Below the pieces are notes generated by a model. That model saw only the letters and a list, made by a program, of their open reading frames with translations, had not been told where the DNA came from and ran no database searches. This document shows positions 25,861-32,000 of a stretch of 32,000 nucleotides of DNA, piece after piece. The stretch comes from Methanobrevibacter sp. Lineage in GTDB: Archaea; Methanobacteriota; Methanobacteria; Methanobacteriales; Methanobacteriaceae. Position numbers and translations under genes: made by a program. Location of the stretch: positions 1,907 to 33,906 of the forward strand of contig NZ_JBGUKT010000018.1 of assembly GCF_045114555.1 (NCBI RefSeq), given 5' to 3'. Within the stretch, counting starts at the first letter, position 1. Each line of letters begins with the position of its first letter.

Positions 25861-27396
25861 ATGAATGCAATAAACATTGAAGATGTAAAGGAAGAATTGA
25901 AACTCCCTGATAAGATCAGAATTTTTGATACAACCTTAAGAGATGGTGAACAGGCTCCAGGCATCGCATTAACTGTAGATGAGAAAATAAAGATAGCTCA
26001 AAAGCTTGATGAACTTGGAGTGGACACTATTGAAATGGGTTTCCCAACTGTATCAGAAGGTGAAAGAAAGGCTGCAAAAAGAATGGTTGAACTAGGCTTC
26101 AAGTCTAACATATGCGGTCTTGCAAGAGTATTGCAAAAGGATATCGATGCAGTGATCGACTCTGACTTGTCTTATGCACATTTGTTTATTGGAACTTCCC
26201 CACTTCATAGAGACTATAAGCTGAAAAAATCCAAGGAAGAGATATTGAACCAAGCCATTGAAGCGGTTGAATATGCTAAAGATCATGGCCTCACTGTTGA
26301 ATTTTCAGCTGAAGATGCAACAAGGACAGAACTTAATTATCTAATAGAATTCTACAAAGGCGTTGAAGGTGCAGGAGCAGATGTGATAAATGTACCAGAC
26401 ACTGTTGGAATTTTAGTCCCATCCACTACAAGAGATTTAATAAGGATCTTGAGAAAGAAAATCAATGTTCCAATCAGTCTTCATTTCCATAATGACTTTG
26501 GACTTGCTGTATCAAATTCAATCATCGGGATTGAAGAAGGGGCAAACCAGGCGCATTGTACAATAAACGGTATCGGTGAAAGAGCTGGAAACACCTCTTT
26601 AGAGGAACTTGTTGTCAGCTTGAAGATAGCTTATGGTGCAAACATAGGTGTAGACACAACCAAACTTTATGACACATCCAATTTCATCGGATCAATTACA
26701 GGTATAAAGATGCCTCCTACAAAACCAATTGTTGGAGAAAATGCTTTCGCACATGAATCCGGTATCCATGTTGATGGAATATTGAAAAACAGCTCAACCT
26801 ATGAACCGATTCCACCTGAACTTGTAGGCCACAAAAGAAGAATTGCCCTTGGAAAACATACCGGCCATGCTGGAATAAAGTCCAAATTGGAAGAGTTCAA
26901 TATAGAAGTAAGTCCTAAGCAATTCGAAAACATTTACAATCAGGTAAAGACACTTGGTGATAAGGGTAAATGCATTACAGATGAGGATTTGAAATCCATT
27001 GCAATCACTGAATTAAGTACCAGTGGAAAAGAGTACATCAAGTTGCTTGGAATGAGCGTAATGACTGGAGAGTCAGTATCTGCAACAGCAACCGTTAGAC
27101 TTTCAATTGAAGGAAAGGTTATTGAAACCTCTCAAATAGGAGTTGGTCCAGTTGATGCAGCTATCGGTGCAATCAAATCACTGGTTAAGGAAACCGTTGA
27201 TATCAACCTTGAAGAGTACAGGCTTGAAGCGGTTAGTGGTGGTACTGATGCATTGGCAGAAACCTTTGTAGTGATTTCAGACAAGGATGGCCATAGGGCA
27301 ACAGGAAGAGCTACTAGAGAGGACGTTATCATTTCAAGTGTGGTAGCAGTCATCAACTCAATCAATAGATTATTGGCTATTGAGAAAAATAGCTAA
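25861..27396 (+). CDS. leuA: 2-isopropylmalate synthase (LeuA/CimA family, with a C-terminal LeuA-dimer regulatory domain)
   Basis: IFDTTLRDGEQAPG, HFHNDFGLAVSNS and NGIGERAGNTSLEE are present, and the C-terminal GVGPVDAAI...GGTDALAE marks the regulatory domain. The GFP..SEGE and GLAR segments look more LeuA-like than CimA-like, but citramalate synthase cannot be excluded. Confidence 0.8.
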   Translation: MNAINIEDVKEELKLPDKIRIFDTTLRDGEQAPGIALTVDEKIKIAQKLDELGVDTIEMGFPTVSEGERKAAKRMVELGFKSNICGLARVLQKDIDAVIDSDLSYAHLFIGTSPLHRDYKLKKSKEEILNQAIEAVEYAKDHGLTVEFSAEDATRTELNYLIEFYKGVEGAGADVINVPDTVGILVPSTTRDLIRILRKKINVPISLHFHNDFGLAVSNSIIGIEEGANQAHCTINGIGERAGNTSLEELVVSLKIAYGANIGVDTTKLYDTSNFIGSITGIKMPPTKPIVGENAFAHESGIHVDGILKNSSTYEPIPPELVGHKRRIALGKHTGHAGIKSKLEEFNIEVSPKQFENIYNQVKTLGDKGKCITDEDLKSIAITELSTSGKEYIKLLGMSVMTGESVSATATVRLSIEGKVIETSQIGVGPVDAAIGAIKSLVKETVDINLEEYRLEAVSGGTDALAETFVVISDKDGHRATGRATREDVIISSVVAVINSINRLLAIEKNS

Positions 27397-27420
27397 ACTT
27401 TTTTTTATTTTTTAAACAAT

Positions 27421-27540
27421 TTTTCATTTTACTATTTTTTCTTCTTTTACATTTTTTTATTTTTTATTATTTTTCATCTTTTTTCATTTATTATTTTTTT
27501 AATCTTTTACATTTTTTTATTTTTTATTATTTTTTTAATC
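27421..27540. repeat. Imperfect 60 bp tandem duplication in the T-rich convergent intergenic region
   Basis: Units 27421-27480 and 27481-27540 share an identical 32 nt core, TCTTTTACATTTTTTTATTTTTTATTATTTTT (27443-27474 and 27503-27534). Confidence 0.75.
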
Positions 27541-27636
27541 TTTTTTACTATTTTTAAAAATTTATATTATAAAATTTGAAAAAAAATATTTTTCGAAACT
27601 TGAAGAAAAATTTTTTAAATTTTCATAAAATTTCAA

Positions 27637-28494
27637 TCATACAGTACCAAGAATTAATGTCAAAATATTCCTTAATCCTGGTGCTAATCCTAATACAAAT
27701 ACTGTTAATTTTAATAGATTTTTGATTGTTAAGTCATCGAAATATTGGTCGATTATGTATAATACTGCAACTATGACTATAATTTTCATAGGAAATAATG
27801 TAAGATATGTATCGAATAGCTGATTTATAGCATTTGGTAAAACATGCTGTTCCACATAATTGAAGTATTCTACAGCAACATATGTTGTTGATGCATCGAA
27901 CAAATGTGCAAGCACAATGGAAAAATTAATTTTATATTTTTTTATTTTTTCAATGAACTTTGAAAGATTAATCTTATCATCACTTTTGAAAATACTGTTT
28001 CGAATGTATAATGCTAAAAACACAACCCCAAGAAATACCAATAATGACAACATCCATGTCAAGATGACATTAATGAGTGCAGTGTAATTTACATTTGAAA
28101 AAAATATTATATTAGGCAATGAAAAAATAACTCCTAATGAAAATAATAAATATCTATAATCAATTCCTTTTTTATTGAATAGGTAAATACAAAATAAGAA
28201 TGATAGAATTGTAATCAAACCTACAAGAATGTAAAGTCCAGGGGTGATTAGAAAAACAGTTTTTGGAAGAATTCCATTATCCACTAAAGCTCGAGTTGAA
28301 GATCCCAGAAAAATAAATGGAATGATTGAATAGAAAATTGAAAGCGGATCAATCTCCAACTTCTTAAACATTTTAATGATTGCCAATATGAAGATCACTA
28401 AAATTAGTGTATAGACTATTGTATTGAAAACAGTGTATCCAGAGAAAAAAGTAGTTTGTATAATATCTGGAAGAAAAGTGTCTACAGTAGGCAT
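27637..28494 (-). CDS. DUF63-family archaeal integral membrane protein
   Basis: It is polytopic. The GYTVFNT.VY N-terminal motif and HLFDASTTYVAVEYFNYVEQHVLP fit DUF63 as I recall it. The start is ATG 28494 (GTGATGA plus 4 nt) rather than TTG 28518. Confidence 0.6.
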   Translation of the reverse strand: MPTVDTFLPDIIQTTFFSGYTVFNTIVYTLILVIFILAIIKMFKKLEIDPLSIFYSIIPFIFLGSSTRALVDNGILPKTVFLITPGLYILVGLITILSFLFCIYLFNKKGIDYRYLLFSLGVIFSLPNIIFFSNVNYTALINVILTWMLSLLVFLGVVFLALYIRNSIFKSDDKINLSKFIEKIKKYKINFSIVLAHLFDASTTYVAVEYFNYVEQHVLPNAINQLFDTYLTLFPMKIIVIVAVLYIIDQYFDDLTIKNLLKLTVFVLGLAPGLRNILTLILGTV

Positions 28495-28530
28495 ATTATC
28501 ATCACATATCCATATCAATTATGATTTCAA

Positions 28531-29196
28531 TTACTCTTCTCTTTTAGGATATCTTCTAAGGACTTTTTTTACAAAGACTTCCTTAGCTATCAGGAAATTG
28601 CTTGTCCTATGACCCATTGCCTTGCAACGTCTATGCTTAATTGCTTTTAGGATTCCATCTACAGAATCATTTCCCTTGGTATTGACTTCAGTGAATGCAT
28701 CTCCTACAGATTTGAGAAAATGAGAGTCACTTGCACCTAAAGTTGCAAGTCTTTTATTGTATGCCAAAGTTTCTGCCTGCTTGTTTGAGTATCCGAAAAT
28801 GTATCTCGCATTTTTTGTTTCCACTCCATCCACACCGAGATTCTTGTCAACCTTGCAGAAAAGACCATGCCTATAATATGAAAACGGATGAGGAACAATA
28901 GCTAGTCCACCTGCATCATGGATCCGGTCTACAGTTTCTACAGCAGACAACCCTTTTGGAATTATTTCATCTACACCTAATCCTAAAATATGGCCTTTGT
29001 CGGATGAAATTTCTATTGATGGAACTACAATAATGCTTCCACCATAAGACCTAGCAAGCCTTGAACCTTTTATCTCATTATGATCACTGATTGCAATAGC
29101 ATCTAAACCTTTCTTTTCAGCTTGGATCAAAATATCTATAACTTCTGAACGGGAATCACCTGAATAAACACTATGGATATGTGGATCAAATTTCAT
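28531..29196 (-). CDS. PHP-domain metal-dependent phosphoesterase
   Basis: The N-terminal DPHIHSVYS.DS (HxH), then ISDHN, VPHP and SDSH motifs are the conserved PHP metal ligands. Confidence 0.75.
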   Translation of the reverse strand: MKFDPHIHSVYSGDSRSEVIDILIQAEKKGLDAIAISDHNEIKGSRLARSYGGSIIVVPSIEISSDKGHILGLGVDEIIPKGLSAVETVDRIHDAGGLAIVPHPFSYYRHGLFCKVDKNLGVDGVETKNARYIFGYSNKQAETLAYNKRLATLGASDSHFLKSVGDAFTEVNTKGNDSVDGILKAIKHRRCKAMGHRTSNFLIAKEVFVKKVLRRYPKREE

Positions 29197-29571
29197 ATTA
29201 TGCCTCGTTTATTGTATAAAATAAAATTACTATTGATTAATATTGTCAATTGTTATATTAGCATTAATCCATTATAAACTTTTTTTATATATCCGTAAAT
29301 ATCAGTGAAAAATTTCACAAAACTAAAAATATCTTGAAAAAAAATTTACTGTATATTCGAAAAAAGTTGCAAGGAAAAATAAAAAAGTAACTAGGAAATG
29401 AGAAAATATTAGAATAAAATTACTGAATAAAGAATAAAAGTGATAAGAAAAAATAGAAAAATAAGAAAAAATGTATGTAAATACATTGATTTTATAAGAT
29501 TTTATTAAATTATTATTAAATGTAAAATTGAATCTAACTATATTATAATGATTATAATAAATATATAAATT

Positions 29572-30630
29572 TTATTTTTTTCTTAAGAATTCCATTGACT
29601 TTACAAGGCCAACAGTGCCTGTCATCATGACATCTCCACCTGGAGCTGCATGGTAATAGTCAAGATCAGTACCTTCAATCAATGCTCTTTTTGGACCTGC
29701 AACAATAACCTTTTCCAATTTTGAAATAGGATTCAATGCAAATGCACCATGTCCTCCTTCACCATGGACATCCTCATGCTTAATTGTTCCATCAGCAAGG
29801 GCTAAAACGAGTTCTTCGAGTCTTTGAGGGGTTAAATCTCTTGTATGGTGCTCGAATACCCCTTGTATTTTACCGTCTTCAATGGATGCTACAGTAGTAT
29901 GGCCGTTTCCTATATCCATAACAACAAAGCTGTTTAGCTTTAGAACTTCCTTATCGTAGCATACTCCAGCGATTGATGCAAATTTTGTATCCATGAGAAC
30001 CGGTTTAAATTCAGGATTATCTTTAGCTAATGACTTTATTACAGATTGCATCCTTGTAAAGTATTCAGGAACTTCTTCTGCCTCCATTGCAAATGTTTCA
30101 GGCTCCATAGGTTTTGGGAGCTTTTCCTTGATTTTCTCGAATCTGAAGTCCCTATCCCCCATATCCTCACTGTATCCATGATCTTGAACAGCCACTATAA
30201 GCTCATCAACCTTCAAGTCTAGGTCAAATGAAGAGAATATGTCAATCAAATGGTTTACATCCACATCTTTTAAAGAAATTTTTGTATAATTTGAATAGGC
30301 AGAATCCTTTTCATAAGCATTTTCTTCAGCAACTTCAAACCCATATGACTTTACTTGATCTATATTGTCACGGATTGTTCTTGCTGCCAAATCCTCAAAA
30401 GCAACATTATATCCTTTTTCCATATGTTCAAGACATCTATCCTTGATCTTTCCCCCACCCATAATGACGCCGTCAAAGTAAATGTCACTTTCGCATTCGG
30501 ATATCATCTGGCCAATGGTTAAATGAGGAGAAGGGATGACCAATTTCATTGAATTTTCAATCTCTTTTTCACTGTCATACAATAGAATGTCTTCAGTACC
30601 GGTTCCTACATCAATAGCTAAAATTTTCAT
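29572..30630 (-). CDS. DUF1786-like protein of the ASKHA (sugar kinase/Hsp70/actin) fold
   Basis: The N-terminal ILAIDVGTGTEDILLYD phosphate-1 motif and the later VVMDIGNGHT motif are typical of ASKHA ATPases. The overall size and pattern fit DUF1786. Confidence 0.55.
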   Translation of the reverse strand: MKILAIDVGTGTEDILLYDSEKEIENSMKLVIPSPHLTIGQMISECESDIYFDGVIMGGGKIKDRCLEHMEKGYNVAFEDLAARTIRDNIDQVKSYGFEVAEENAYEKDSAYSNYTKISLKDVDVNHLIDIFSSFDLDLKVDELIVAVQDHGYSEDMGDRDFRFEKIKEKLPKPMEPETFAMEAEEVPEYFTRMQSVIKSLAKDNPEFKPVLMDTKFASIAGVCYDKEVLKLNSFVVMDIGNGHTTVASIEDGKIQGVFEHHTRDLTPQRLEELVLALADGTIKHEDVHGEGGHGAFALNPISKLEKVIVAGPKRALIEGTDLDYYHAAPGGDVMMTGTVGLVKSMEFLRKK

Positions 30631-30786
30631 AGTTTTTTATTTATTTTGTAAATATTTAAATTTTTTTGAATTGATGAAAAAATGAATAAAAATCATTAAA
30701 TTGAAAAATAATGCCTAAATATTTGTTTTTTCTTAAAAATAATGGTAGAAATATAACTTAAAGAGATTAATATTTAAGTTCTTTAA

Positions 30787-30842
30787 TGTACAAATATGTA
30801 CTACAAAGCTTTATATAGTACATTATACATAATATTAGTACA
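30787..30842 (+). promoter_or_regulatory. trpB2 promoter: TATA box flanked by four TRP-box-like GTAC elements (candidate TrpY operator)
   Basis: The elements are TGTACA 30787-30792, TGTACT 30797-30802, CTTTATATA 30809-30817, AGTACA 30817-30822 and AGTACA 30837-30842. The GTAC cores are spaced 10, 20 and 20 bp apart. Confidence 0.55.
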
Positions 30843-30908
30843 GAATGATTAAAGGACATTCTTAAAAAATTTTTACAATAGATTATTTAAAAAACAAAAA
30901 GTGATATT

Positions 30909-32000
30909 ATGCAATACAGAATTGATTTATCCAATGACGAAGTACCAACCAAATGGTACAATATTAACGCTGATTTACCTGTAGAACTTCCTGCTCCTAA
31001 AAACAGTGAAGGAAAGGATCAAATAGGTACATTACCTCAAATATTCGTAAACGAATGTCTTAATCAAGAGTTCGCTACTGACAGATACATCAGTATCCCA
31101 AAAGAAGTAAGGGAACTCTACCAAAGATTAGGAAGGCCTACTCCTTTAGTAAGAGCAAGAGGATTAGAAGAAAAATTAAATACGCCCGCGAAAATTTATT
31201 ATAAGCGAGAGGATACATCCCCTACTGGAAGTCACAAGCTAAACAGTGCAATAGCTCAAGCATACTATGCTAAAAAGGAAGGCATTGAAAGAATTACCAC
31301 AGAAACCGGTGCAGGACAATGGGGTACTGCATTATCCCTTGCAGCTTCCATGATGGGAATCGATTGTACCGTTTATATGGTAAGGGTTTCATATGATCAA
31401 AAGCCTTTCAGAAAAACTATCATGCAATTGTATGATGGAGAGGTTCATGCTTCCCCAAGTGAACATACAGAAGTAGGAAGAAAAGTTCTTGCAGAACATC
31501 CAGACACTCCAGGTTCCCTTGGAATAGCTATTTCTGAAGCTGTAGAGGATGCTTTGACTGATGATAAGGTAAAATACACATTAGGAAGTGTATTGAACCA
31601 CGTTATCTTGCATCAAACTACAATCGGTCAGGAAATTAAATTGCAACTTGAAAAAGTTGAAGAAGAGCCAGACACCATGATTGCTTGTGTTGGTGGAGGA
31701 AGTAACTTTGGTGGGTCATTGTTCCCATTCATTAAAGACAAGATCCAAGGCAATTCTGATACTGAATTCATAGCTGTAGAGCCTTCTGCATGTCCTACAT
31801 TGACTCAAGGGGAATACAGATACGACTTTGGTGATGAAGTTGGATTCACTCCTCTCTTGAAGATGTTTACATTAGGACACAACTTCGTTGCTCCTTCTGT
31901 ACATGCAGGTGGACTTAGATACCACGGTATGAACACACAAGTGTCCTTGCTTAGAGACTTAGGCTACATCAAACCTGTAGCTGTTCACCAAAGAGATGTA
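30909..32000 (+). CDS. trpB2: TrpB2-type tryptophan synthase beta-like protein, 3' end cut by the window edge
   Basis: This ORF is not in the ORF track because it runs off the window. ATG 30909 opens a frame that stays open to base 32000 (364 codons). EVPTKWYNINADLP..LP is the TrpB2 N-terminal extension. Also present are EDTSPTGSHKLNSA (PLP lysine), TETGAGQWG and GGGSNFGG. Confidence 0.88.
   Translation, partial: MQYRIDLSNDEVPTKWYNINADLPVELPAPKNSEGKDQIGTLPQIFVNECLNQEFATDRYISIPKEVRELYQRLGRPTPLVRARGLEEKLNTPAKIYYKREDTSPTGSHKLNSAIAQAYYAKKEGIERITTETGAGQWGTALSLAASMMGIDCTVYMVRVSYDQKPFRKTIMQLYDGEVHASPSEHTEVGRKVLAEHPDTPGSLGIAISEAVEDALTDDKVKYTLGSVLNHVILHQTTIGQEIKLQLEKVEEEPDTMIACVGGGSNFGGSLFPFIKDKIQGNSDTEFIAVEPSACPTLTQGEYRYDFGDEVGFTPLLKMFTLGHNFVAPSVHAGGLRYHGMNTQVSLLRDLGYIKPVAVHQRDV

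Noticed and set aside
27421-27540. Possibility that the repeated T-rich units, or the 59-nt-spaced ATCATTTTAATCTTTTATATC pair at 3489-3509 and 3548-3568, form a mini CRISPR array.
   Set aside because: There are only two copies of each. The units are low-complexity AT sequence without the dyad symmetry of a CRISPR repeat, the supposed spacers are themselves partly repeated, and no cas genes are present.

Overview
This is an AT-rich segment (roughly 30% GC by eye) that looks like the chromosome of a Methanobrevibacter-type methanogen (order Methanobacteriales). Supporting signs are F420-dependent methylenetetrahydromethanopterin dehydrogenase (mtd), a CbiA/CfbB-type a,c-diamide synthase, trpB2 preceded by TGTACA TRP boxes, and Shine-Dalgarno-led genes. 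I can support 20 protein-coding genes, two of them cut by the window edges. I saw no tRNA, rRNA, CRISPR array, transposase or integrase. The core genes are housekeeping: hisB, mtd, a leuA-like gene, cbiA-like, trpB2, a ferredoxin and a ModE-like regulator. Cell-envelope genes include a MOP flippase fragment and a translationally coupled Wzy-like polymerase plus GT-B glycosyltransferase. There are also several poorly characterised families: YczE-like, TIGR04076-like, DUF63, PHP, DUF1786 and a COG4277 radical-SAM/HhH protein. About one third of the window (3.8-14.7 kb) is two tandem giant adhesin-like genes (about 1730 and 1770 codons) built from PMP beta-helix, Big_2 and DUF11 repeats. The most unusual observations are these. 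(1) Both adhesins end in a bacterial-style LPXTG-type sorting signal (LAKTG + TM + RRRK). (2) Both signal peptides follow a perfect, conserved AAGGAGGTG with no canonical start codon at the expected spacing, and the first paralog has no in-frame ATG/GTG/TTG upstream of its signal peptide at all. (3) The two paralogs are mosaics, with near-identical cassettes in different positions. (4) A 2.4 kb nearly non-coding AT-rich island (20.45-22.88 kb) holds one orphan coiled-coil gene with a possible AbrB/MazE-like N-terminus. That island contains six exact copies of the 10-mer AATGATATTA, one of which forms a palindrome in the gene's own leader. All family assignments come from motif recognition in the translated ORFs. 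No database search was run.
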